32,000 nt of DNA from an uncultured archaeon (GCA_964480435.1 CAYZSS010000002.1:17654-49653), one strand, 5' to 3'. Shown: positions 1-6,728, counted from the first letter of the stretch. Notes: generated by a model not told the origin, from the sequence alone. A program made the numbers and translations.

Positions 1-2232
1 GTATTGCTTTTCTTCATGTGATTCTGACACAGAACTATTATCTAAAAATAATTCCCAGCTTACATTTAAAGAAGAATATAATGATACAGAGGAGTCATTT
101 CTTACTTTTATTTTTATATAAATTCTGTAAGTTCCTTTTTCAACATCACTACCCTCAACCCCTTTATTCCATTTTGCAGTTAAAACTTTTCCTTCATCTT
201 CAGTAGGATTGTTTTTTTCAAAATCCTCATACATTGAATCTATCTGGGAAGATGCATAATCCCCAATTATAAACAACGGATCTTGCTCTACATCTGTGGA
301 ATTAGTGCCTGTGATATATTGGAATTCCATTTCACTTACATCTTGATACAAATGAATATCATATCCCAAATAAACTTCTTTTCCAATTTCAAAGGATGTT
401 TTTTCGCCACCCATAGAATCAAAAATACCTAAAAATGTTACTCTTGCTTTTTCTTCATCATCTTTAAATTTTTGTGGTTCTAAATTTACATTTCCGTCCC
501 AAATAATTTGTGGGGTTAATACTCTTGATTCACTAAAGAATGGTAAATAACCCTCACTTTTAACTTCAAAAAACTTTTTTGTCCCTGCTTTCAAAGAAAA
601 AGTCATTTTTCCTTTGTTATCCGAAAGTTTTGAACCCAATTTTTCTATATTTGTGCTTTTATTAAAAAAAGAAAATTCTGCAAAAGGAATAGGATAGCCT
701 AAGTCATCTAAAACAGAAATATCAAAACTTCCATTTCCTAAATATAAAAATACTTTTACTTCTTCTTGTGGTATTTCAGTATTACTTGTTTCAGTTACTT
801 GGACTTGATCACTCATTCCTTCAGAGTATCCTTTATAAGCCCTAAAAAGATATGCCCCATCTTGAGAGATTGTTACATGTGTATAACCATTAGTATCTGT
901 TTCTGGGATAACATAGCTAAATATTTCAAACCCAGTAAATAAATCTTGAACAAATACATTTGCTCCTTCAATTGGTTTTTCATCTTCATCAAGCAATCTT
1001 ATGTTAAATTTTTTAGAATTAAAAGAAGTTATTTCTTTTACGTCAACAACAATTTCTTGTTGACCTGCAACAATGTTTATTTCTTTATTTGCAATAACAC
1101 CATAGTTTCCATCTTTAGGGTTTATATCCACTAAATATTTACCGTAGGCATATATTGGCAGAATTGCAGCATTATTTTGGCTATCTCCAGAAAATAAAAT
1201 TTCATTAGTCAAAGTTTTTAAAACAACAGAAAAATTAATATCTTCATCTAATTTTAAAACAAAGTTCCCTAAAGTATTTTTTTCTACAATTATTTTTGAT
1301 GATACTCCTGGTTCAGTTAAAGTAATTGTTTGGTTAGTAGTCAAATAGCCAGTAACAGTAACATAAACTTTGTAAATTCCTACAGGAAGAGCCTTTGATT
1401 TGTAAGACCCACTCACTGAGTAATCAATTTCAACAGGAGTGATTAAATCTTTTACATTATATACAGTTACTGTTCCATCCTTTGACGCATCTACAGAATC
1501 AACAATGGTTAATGAAATAAAAGCAGTAGGAATTTCGCTTGTGCCTCCCAAATTAGCTTGAGTTAAGCTACTAAATGTAACAATACAAGAGGTAGAATCA
1601 CAACTTTTTTGTGCTTGAGAATACCCTTCCGCACTAGCAACAATATTCAAAGTGCCACAATCATCAGGAACCTCTACTTCAACATATGCATTAGTAGTTG
1701 TTTTTGATTTTTCAGAGTCTGGCAAAGTTACATTTTCACATTCAAAATATGCGCTTGCAGAATTTACATTATCGTATCCTGACTTAAAAAATACCTCAAC
1801 AGGTATTATTTTTTTCTTAGCAGTTAGAATAACTTTGATTTCATCTGCAAAAGAAAAGGTATCATCTATGCCATACTTAGCAGTATCCACTTTTATCCTA
1901 TATGAATCACTTTTAGGCACAGCCCCTGAGAAAGTTCCATCTTTTGCTTCAAAAGAGTAATTATTATCTCCAACAAATAACGAAAATTGCAAATTATCTG
2001 CAATTTTTATTGGACCATTAAAGAATGAAATTGTTACATTTGTGTATGATGGAATTAAAGCCCAAACAACTAAACCGATAATTATCAAAAAAAGAATAAA
2101 GAAAAATATCATTGACGGCATAATTTTATCTATTTTGTCTACAATTGCATGTGCAGGAAAAATAGTGTCTAAACTATCAATCATTTTGTAGTATTTATCT
2201 TCCAAACCAAAATAGAAATCCTTAAAGCCCAT
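1..2232 (-). CDS. Large membrane-anchored surface protein with beta-sandwich (PEGA / carboxypeptidase-regulatory-like) repeats. The C-terminus runs off the left edge (at least 744 codons).
   Basis: It is absent from the supplied track because it is open at the window edge. The start is ATG at 2232-2230 (reverse complement). I translated 2232-2041 by hand as MGFKDFYFGLEDKYYKMIDSLDTIFPAHAIVDKIDKIMPSMIFFFILFLIIIGLVVWALIPSYT, which contains one hydrophobic helix. A spot check of the same frame at 1-72 and 1321-1392 found no stops. Segment 1321-1380 reads GIYKVYVTVTGYLTTNQTIT, a PEGA-like strand pair. I did not check the whole frame codon by codon. Confidence 0.6.
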   Translation of the reverse strand, partial: MGFKDFYFGLEDKYYKMIDSLDTIFPAHAIVDKIDKIMPSMIFFFILFLIIIGLVVWALIPSYTNVTISFFNGPIKIADNLQFSLFVGDNNYSFEAKDGTFSGAVPKSDSYRIKVDTAKYGIDDTFSFADEIKVILTAKKKIIPVEVFFKSGYDNVNSASAYFECENVTLPDSEKSKTTTNAYVEVEVPDDCGTLNIVASAEGYSQAQKSCDSTSCIVTFSSLTQANLGGTSEIPTAFISLTIVDSVDASKDGTVTVYNVKDLITPVEIDYSVSGSYKSKALPVGIYKVYVTVTGYLTTNQTITLTEPGVSSKIIVEKNTLGNFVLKLDEDINFSVVLKTLTNEILFSGDSQNNAAILPIYAYGKYLVDINPKDGNYGVIANKEINIVAGQQEIVVDVKEITSFNSKKFNIRLLDEDEKPIEGANVFVQDLFTGFEIFSYVIPETDTNGYTHVTISQDGAYLFRAYKGYSEGMSDQVQVTETSNTEIPQEEVKVFLYLGNGSFDISVLDDLGYPIPFAEFSFFNKSTNIEKLGSKLSDNKGKMTFSLKAGTKKFFEVKSEGYLPFFSESRVLTPQIIWDGNVNLEPQKFKDDEEKARVTFLGIFDSMGGEKTSFEIGKEVYLGYDIHLYQDVSEMEFQYITGTNSTDVEQDPLFIIGDYASSQIDSMYEDFEKNNPTEDEGKVLTAKWNKGVEGSDVEKGTYRIYIKIKVRNDSSVSLYSSLNVSWELFLDNSSVSESHEEKQY

Positions 2233-2330
2233 AAAAATCACGGTACAAGATTAAAACTATATATAAATAGTTATATGTATTAAAAAGATTACCTTTTTTG
2301 CAGTTTATTTACAGAAAAATACGGGCTTTA

Positions 2331-2807
2331 TCAAATTCTAAGAATATAAGGTCTTACTCCTTTACCAAGAGGATATTTTTCAAAGCCAAGTTTTTCATAA
2401 AATCCCTGTGCATCTTCTGTAGAATTAAGCATAATTCTTTTTAACCCATTCTTTACTGCAAAGTCTTTTACTTTATTTACAAGCAATTTGCCTATTCCAA
2501 AATGTCTCAGAACACTTGGTTTATTACCTATCTGCCCCACATAAAGATTCTGTATTATTAGTACATCTTTTACAATACAAAAATCCATCGCCCCCAAACC
2601 ATTTGGCAAGGTAATTTTATATTGCCCAGGACGAGAAAACGCTGATTCAATTTTTGCCTTAGACCACAATACATCAAGAAGTTCATCTTTTCTTTTTGAC
2701 AATTCATCTATAGCCAAAGAATACATTAAACCTTTTTCTGGATTCCGTTCAGTTATTCTTCTTTTAAGTGTTTCTATATCTTGTGCATGTATTGTTCTAT
2801 GAGACAT
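2331..2807 (-). CDS. GNAT-family N-acetyltransferase
   Basis: 158-aa ORF. It has the acetyl-CoA motif A RHFGIGKLLVNKVKDFAVKNGL and the C-terminal GFYEKLGFE that is typical of GNAT enzymes. Confidence 0.8.
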   Translation of the reverse strand: MSHRTIHAQDIETLKRRITERNPEKGLMYSLAIDELSKRKDELLDVLWSKAKIESAFSRPGQYKITLPNGLGAMDFCIVKDVLIIQNLYVGQIGNKPSVLRHFGIGKLLVNKVKDFAVKNGLKRIMLNSTEDAQGFYEKLGFEKYPLGKGVRPYILRI

Positions 2808-2866
2808 ATAGGAAAAAGACCAAGAAATAATAAAAATGTATTACAAAATTAGAAGCCTTCAAACTT

Positions 2867-2959
2867 AGGTTTTGGCAAACCTAACATTTTTTCAAAAGGC
2901 TGGACGCAGGGAGAGGGATTCGAACTGCCCTTTTAGGAAAAGGGTAAGTTGCCCAAAAA
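2867..2959 (-). pseudogene. tRNA-Ser remnant: a leader-like hairpin fused directly to the T-loop and acceptor 3' strand, followed by the trailer
   Basis: 2867-2925 repeats 2976-3034 (59 nt, 1 mismatch). That block covers tRNA-Ser positions 53-73 plus 38 nt of trailer. 2926-2959 is about 85% identical to the leader at 3098-3134 that precedes the intact tRNA-Ser. tRNA positions 1-52 are missing. Confidence 0.6.
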
Positions 2960-3013
2960 TGAATCCCTCTACATGAGGTTTTGGCAAACCTAGCATTTTT
3001 TCAAAAGGCTGGA

Positions 3014-3097
3014 CGCAGGGAGAGGGATTCGAACCCTCGCCTCCTTTCAGAGACTGGCTTTCCAGACCAGCGCGTTGAACCGCTTCGCTACCCCTGC
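3014..3097 (-). tRNA. tRNA-Ser (anticodon GGA), class II with a long variable arm, no encoded CCA
   Basis: The reverse complement reads GCAGGGGTAGCGAAGCGGTTCAACGCGCTGGTCTGGAAAGCCAGTCTCTGAAAGGAGGCGAGGGTTCGAATCCCTCTCCCTGCG. The acceptor is GCAGGGG/TCCCTGC, the anticodon arm is CTGGT-CTGGAAA-GCCAG, and the T arm is GAGGG-TTCGAAT-CCCTC. Confidence 0.9.
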
Positions 3098-3300
3098 CTG
3101 CCCTTTTTACAAAAAGGGTGAGTGGCCCAAAAAAGGCCATATCCGCAAATCAAAGATTTGGGATATTCCTTATTAAAGATATTATTCCTGGGCAAATTAA
3201 TAAAAATACATCCATAAAAACAATATAAAAATCGTTAAGGAGTTTTATACCTCCAAATTCTTTCTTTTTAGCAAACCAGAAAAGGGCCTTTATGGCCCAT

Positions 3301-3346
3301 GTTTTCTTTACAGACTGTAGCTTTCTTTTTTGAAAAGAAAGCTTAG
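3301..3346 (-). repeat. tRNA-trailer motif, copy D (polypyrimidine arm, polypurine arm, spacer, second polypurine run)
   Basis: The minus strand reads ctaagctttcttttcaaaaaagaaagctacagtctgtaaagaaaac. It begins 4 nt after the tRNA-Gly discriminator and is followed by the hairpin gggcc-ataaa-ggccc plus TTTT. Confidence 0.6.
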
Positions 3347-3349
3347 GTA

Positions 3350-3421
3350 TGCGGCCGTCGGGATTCGAACCCGAACGAACGGCTTGGAAGGCCATTATGC
3401 TAACCGTTACATCACGGCCGC
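3350..3421 (-). tRNA. tRNA-Gly (anticodon TCC), no encoded CCA
   Basis: The reverse complement reads GCGGCCGTGATGTAACGGTTAGCATAATGGCCTTCCAAGCCGTTCGTTCGGGTTCGAATCCCGACGGCCGCA. The anticodon loop is CTTCCAA and the T arm is TCGGG-TTCGAAT-CCCGA. Confidence 0.9.
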
Positions 3422-3473
3422 TCTAGTCTTTTAAAAAAAAGCTTTTAAAGTAATAAACATAAATATGGAAATA

Positions 3474-3483
3474 TTTTTATATA
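3474..3483 (+). promoter_or_regulatory. Putative TATA box for the GGDEF gene; the transcript is probably leaderless
   Basis: TTTTTATATA is centred about 24 nt upstream of the ATG at 3503. No Shine-Dalgarno-like purine run lies in between. Confidence 0.35.
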
Positions 3484-3502
3484 GATTTAATTTATATTTG
3501 TT

Positions 3503-4492
3503 ATGGTTCCAAAACCCAAGAGAGTAATACCTAAAGCAGGACAAACACAATTACCAGGCGTAGGTGCAAAATTTCTTGGGAGACACCATGAACAAAGGGT
3601 AATGAGAGCAATATATACTAAAACAAAAGATCCTAAAGCACCGATAGACCGAAGAATACACCCAAAAAACAGCCCAATGGGTAGAGCACAACTACTTGAT
3701 TTTATAATAGAAAACCACGACCTTCTAAAAGATAGAGCAATAGGCGAATTTTATGAAGATATAAGAGGCATGACCCAAACCGAAATAAAATCACGAAAAG
3801 AAGAGTTAGATTCTTTTTTAAGGGTTTTAGATGAAACATATAAAAAAATAAGAAAAGGAAATCTTGAAACTTTAGTAAATTACGCCGAAAGAGATGAAAA
3901 AACGCTATTATTAACTGCACAAGGATTTATTACAAGAATAAGGCAGTATGTAACTAATCCACACAGAGTATTTGGCTATTTTGTAATTGATATGAATAAT
4001 CTAAAAAGAATTAATGATGGGATATCACATACACTTGGAGACAGTTATCTTAGGACAATGGGTGAAATTGGATTAGAATTACAAAAAATATATGCTCAGT
4101 CAAATATTAAGTTCACTTTTGCAAGAACTGGCGGAGATGAATTTGAAATTTTGTTAAGCATGCCCAGAGATAAAGGATATAATTATGAAGAAACTGCAAA
4201 AAACTTTATTAGACAAATTAGAGCAATAGGAAAAAAAAGATGGGATGAAAAAAGAACAAGAGTAGCAACCGAATTAAGAATTGCAGAAGAGAATATACCT
4301 GAAATATCTTTCGCAGTTGGCTCTTTCATTGATTTAAAAACTTGCCCAATAACAATAACAGACCCAGGAAGTTATGAAAGAATTACTCCAGAACAAAGAG
4401 ATAATATTGACCTATACATTGAAGACATAAGAGATAAAGCAGATAGACACATGCAAGAAAATAAAGCAGAAATGAAAGAAAGAAGGAGATAA
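3503..4492 (+). CDS. GGDEF-domain protein (diguanylate-cyclase type) with an uncharacterised ~125-aa N-terminal region
   Basis: It has an intact GGDEF motif (FARTGGDEFEILLS). The upstream metal and substrate motif is VIDMNNLKRINDGISHTLGDSYLR, which matches the DxxxFKxxNDxxGHxxGD pattern. A DEKTLLLTAQGFITRI segment resembles the D-x-LTGL-x-NR lead-in helix. There is no RxxD I-site 5 residues upstream of GGDEF. Confidence 0.8.
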   Translation: MVPKPKRVIPKAGQTQLPGVGAKFLGRHHEQRVMRAIYTKTKDPKAPIDRRIHPKNSPMGRAQLLDFIIENHDLLKDRAIGEFYEDIRGMTQTEIKSRKEELDSFLRVLDETYKKIRKGNLETLVNYAERDEKTLLLTAQGFITRIRQYVTNPHRVFGYFVIDMNNLKRINDGISHTLGDSYLRTMGEIGLELQKIYAQSNIKFTFARTGGDEFEILLSMPRDKGYNYEETAKNFIRQIRAIGKKRWDEKRTRVATELRIAEENIPEISFAVGSFIDLKTCPITITDPGSYERITPEQRDNIDLYIEDIRDKADRHMQENKAEMKERRR

Positions 4493-4495
4493 TAT

Positions 4496-5251
4496 TTGCC
4501 TAAACCCTACGACCCACATAAACACTTCACAAGTATAATGAATAGGGAGCAAACTAATTCTATTGATATCCTATTAAAAGCGATCTTAGAAAGTGGAGTA
4601 AAACAGGGCATGAGTCAGGAAATGACTTACAAATTATTGGAAGCAGCAAGAAGGCTTAAAGACCAAAGGCTTAGAAGAAAAAGATTAAAGGTAACATCAA
4701 AAAAAGAAGGGCTCTCATTTTGGGAAGTTAAAAAAAGAACTAATGTTTATTCTTTTAAAGAAACAAAGGAATGGACTTATAGAGATTACTATAATCCGGA
4801 TTATGTTAAAAACTCTATTTTATCTGCCAGCGTTAAAGGACCACACTTAGTATTATATGACAAAACAGGAAATCCAAGATTTGTTTTAGGATATGATTTA
4901 AACTACTGGAGGAATACTATAATCTATGCAATTCAGAAAGTAAGAACAAAAAATGCATATAGTGCAGATACCTCCGGATATTTTACTGAACGAAAAGAAT
5001 ATAGACACAAGCTGGAAGAAGAGGAAACAGAAAAATTTAAACAAGAATTAGGAATGTATCCATCCGAGTTTTTATTGTCAGAGTTTATTTTAAGAAACAG
5101 AGCACAATTGTCAACAGGAAACAAAATTTTCTTTAGGGTTGCAAAACACGACCCAATATATGCCCCCCTTATTAGTAGATTCTGTAAAAATGAGGACATT
5201 CAAGAAATAGATGTAACCAAAAAAAGAGTAAGAGAGATTCTTGGGCTTTAA
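4496..5251 (+). CDS. Hypothetical protein, translationally coupled to the GGDEF gene
   Basis: The ORF begins 4 nt after the GGDEF stop. The track start at 4496 is TTG, and the first in-frame ATG is at 4538 (MNREQTNS...). I recognise no motif. The protein is basic and rich in K, R and Y. Confidence 0.6.
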   Translation: MPKPYDPHKHFTSIMNREQTNSIDILLKAILESGVKQGMSQEMTYKLLEAARRLKDQRLRRKRLKVTSKKEGLSFWEVKKRTNVYSFKETKEWTYRDYYNPDYVKNSILSASVKGPHLVLYDKTGNPRFVLGYDLNYWRNTIIYAIQKVRTKNAYSADTSGYFTERKEYRHKLEEEETEKFKQELGMYPSEFLLSEFILRNRAQLSTGNKIFFRVAKHDPIYAPLISRFCKNEDIQEIDVTKKRVREILGL

Positions 5252-5715
5252 TATCTCTTCAATTTTACTTTTTTTAATAAATTAAAAGCTTCTTTTCCTT
5301 CTTCAACTTCACATCTATTTTTTTCAATTATTCCTAAGTGTGCTTCCCTTATCATTTTATCATTACTAAGGGCTATTTCATCAAACCCTGCTTTTTTTGC
5401 ATCAATTATGCTTGTTGAGAAATATACTTTTTTTATTCCTGCCCAGTGAATCGCGGATAAACACATAGGACATGGTTCAGTAGAAGAATATAATTCTGCA
5501 GTTTCTAATTTTATTTTTTTCAATTTTCTACAAGCTTTAGAAATACAATTTATTTCTGCATGTCTTGTTGGATCTTTTTTTTTCAAAACTGTGTTGTGTG
5601 CCTTGAATACTTTGCCATTTACCACAATAACCGCACCAAAAGGTCCACCATGTTTTTTCTTTACTGCTTTTTTTGCTTCATCAATAGCCATTAGCATATA
5701 TTTTTTTTCGTACAT
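5248..5715 (-). CDS. CDA-fold zinc deaminase, guanine-deaminase/TadA-like
   Basis: It has the HAE motif (PTRHAEINCI) and the PCxxC motif (TEPCPMCLSAIHWAGIKKVYF). The N-terminal GGPFGAVIV..NGKV resembles Bacillus-type guanine deaminase. Confidence 0.8.
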   Translation of the reverse strand: MYEKKYMLMAIDEAKKAVKKKHGGPFGAVIVVNGKVFKAHNTVLKKKDPTRHAEINCISKACRKLKKIKLETAELYSSTEPCPMCLSAIHWAGIKKVYFSTSIIDAKKAGFDEIALSNDKMIREAHLGIIEKNRCEVEEGKEAFNLLKKVKLKRY

Positions 5716-5775
5716 GTTAAATATAGAATGCCACCATATATAAAATTAATTATTACATAAGTTATTAGGGATTAC

Positions 5776-6222
5776 ATGTTACAAACTCTTAGCAAAAAAG
5801 ACATAAAAGAACTTAATGAAAAAATCAAAGTGTACAATTTAGAAATCAGTACAAAAGAAAGGGTACAAAGAATAAACAATATAATTATACAAAATAATGT
5901 GCCACTATTTTTTGAATTAGATAACAAAATTATCCCAACACTAAAAAATAATAGTTTAACATTTCCAAAAGTATACATTGACCGAGGAGCAATACTGTTC
6001 ATAGTAAAAGGAGCAGACCTAATGAAACCAGGTATTGTTTCAAATGAAGAATTTAAGAAAAATGACCTCGTTTTCATAGCTGACTCAGAACATAAAAAGA
6101 ACCTTGCTCTAGGGATCGCCCTATTTGATTCAGCTGAGTTAAAAGAGATTGAAAAAGGAAAGGTAGTAAAGAATATTCACTTTGTAGGAGATGCAATCTG
6201 GAATTTTGCCCTAAATAAGTAA
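5776..6222 (+). CDS. PUA-domain RNA-binding protein
   Basis: 148 aa. The C-terminal half, RGAILFIVKGADLMKPGIV...LALGIALFDSAELKEIEKGKVVKNIHFVGDAIW, matches the PUA pattern seen in archaeal PUA proteins. Confidence 0.7.
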   Translation: MLQTLSKKDIKELNEKIKVYNLEISTKERVQRINNIIIQNNVPLFFELDNKIIPTLKNNSLTFPKVYIDRGAILFIVKGADLMKPGIVSNEEFKKNDLVFIADSEHKKNLALGIALFDSAELKEIEKGKVVKNIHFVGDAIWNFALNK

Positions 6223-6310
6223 CAAGGTTTTATTAAAGTATCCTTACTTTTTTATTATATCTTATGGGGTTATAGTGTAGCGGCTAGCACTTCAGGCTCC
6301 AGACGCAACC

Positions 6311-6362
6311 TTTTCTTTCTTTGAAAAGAAAGAAAATCTTAGCTTCACCAAAAGAAAGAAAC
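6311..6362 (+). repeat. tRNA-trailer motif, copy A, located inside the tRNA-Trp intron
   Basis: The sequence is ttttctttctttgaaaagaaagaaaatcttagcttcaccaaaagaaagaaac. It starts 9 nt after the end of exon 1 and is about 85% identical to copy B. Confidence 0.7.
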
Positions 6363-6405
6363 ATAACCTTTTGGGGAGTGAGTGTGATGGCGGAGTTAAT
6401 TTGTA

Positions 6406-6499
6406 AAAATTAGCGATGATGATAATTGCAGGTAATAAACTTTATGTTTAGTCAATTAAGGGTTGCCAAGCTGAACACAGCGAAGGCTGACCCAATTTT
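6406..6499 (+). ncRNA. Candidate box C/D sRNA embedded in the tRNA-Trp intron
   Basis: A box C-like ATGATGA lies at 6416-6422. CTGA occurs at 6471-6474 and 6487-6490. A terminal stem pairs AAAATT (6406-6411) with AATTTT (6494-6499). The region is locally GC-rich. I found no convincing C' box or guide-target pairing. Confidence 0.3.
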
Positions 6500-6728
6500 G
6501 GCAGACGGTGCCTTTCAAGAAGCCAATTTTGTGAAAACAAAATTGCTTCAGGACCTAAAGAACTCTTTTGGAAGAAGCAAATTCCCTTAGGGAATTTCTT
6601 CAGCCACAGAAATACTTTTGCTTTACACAAAAGTAATTTCTTTGCAAGAGCAAAAGGTTCTTTTTGTTATTAAAAGGCTCGGGAGACACCTGCGGACCAG
6701 GGTTCGAGTCCCTGTAACCCCACTATTC

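Larger units (their letters stand above)
6303..6687 (+). other. tRNA-Trp intron bounded by an hBHBh' splice motif
   Basis: The anticodon stem is 6293-6296/6689-6692. A 3-nt bulge ACA lies at 6686-6688. The 4-bp helix CTCC (6297-6300) pairs with GGAG (6682-6685). A second 3-nt bulge AGA lies at 6301-6303. Beyond it, CG (6304-6305) pairs with CG (6680-6681), and CCTTTT (6309-6314) pairs with AAAAGG (6672-6677). Confidence 0.75.
6266..6722 (+). tRNA. tRNA-Trp (anticodon CCA) with a 385-nt intron at the canonical 37/38 position
   Basis: Exon 1 (6266-6302) is GGGGTTATAGTGTAGCGGCTAGCACTTCAGGCTCCAG. Exon 2 (6688-6722) is ACCTGCGGACCAGGGTTCGAGTCCCTGTAACCCCA. Joined, they give a 72-nt cloverleaf with acceptor GGGGTTA/TAACCCC, anticodon loop CTCCAGA and T arm CAGGG-TTCGAGT-CCCTG. 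One T27-C43 mismatch closes the anticodon stem. Confidence 0.85.

Noticed and set aside
18-1960. Plus-strand ORFs at 18-206, 946-1134 and 1652-1960
   Set aside because: They are low-complexity translations lying antisense to the long open minus-strand frame at 1-2232, which has a credible start, a TM helix and domain-like sequence.
2892-3395. Minus-strand ORFs at 2892-3140 and 3150-3395
   Set aside because: They run straight through tRNA-Ser, its remnant and tRNA-Gly. Their Gly/Arg/Pro-rich translations reflect GC-rich tRNA sequence, not coding potential.
2867-3421. Integrated mobile element at the tRNA-Ser/Gly or tRNA-Gln 3' ends
   Set aside because: Direct repeats of tRNA 3' ends are present, but they are only about 90-110 nt apart and no integrase, transposase or cargo lies between or nearby. 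At most these are scars, and they are reported as findings rather than as mobile elements.
6448-6630. 60-aa ORF inside the tRNA-Trp intron, considered as a possible homing endonuclease
   Set aside because: It is on the opposite strand to the tRNA, is far too short and has no LAGLIDADG or other nuclease motif. The region is better explained by RNA hairpins.
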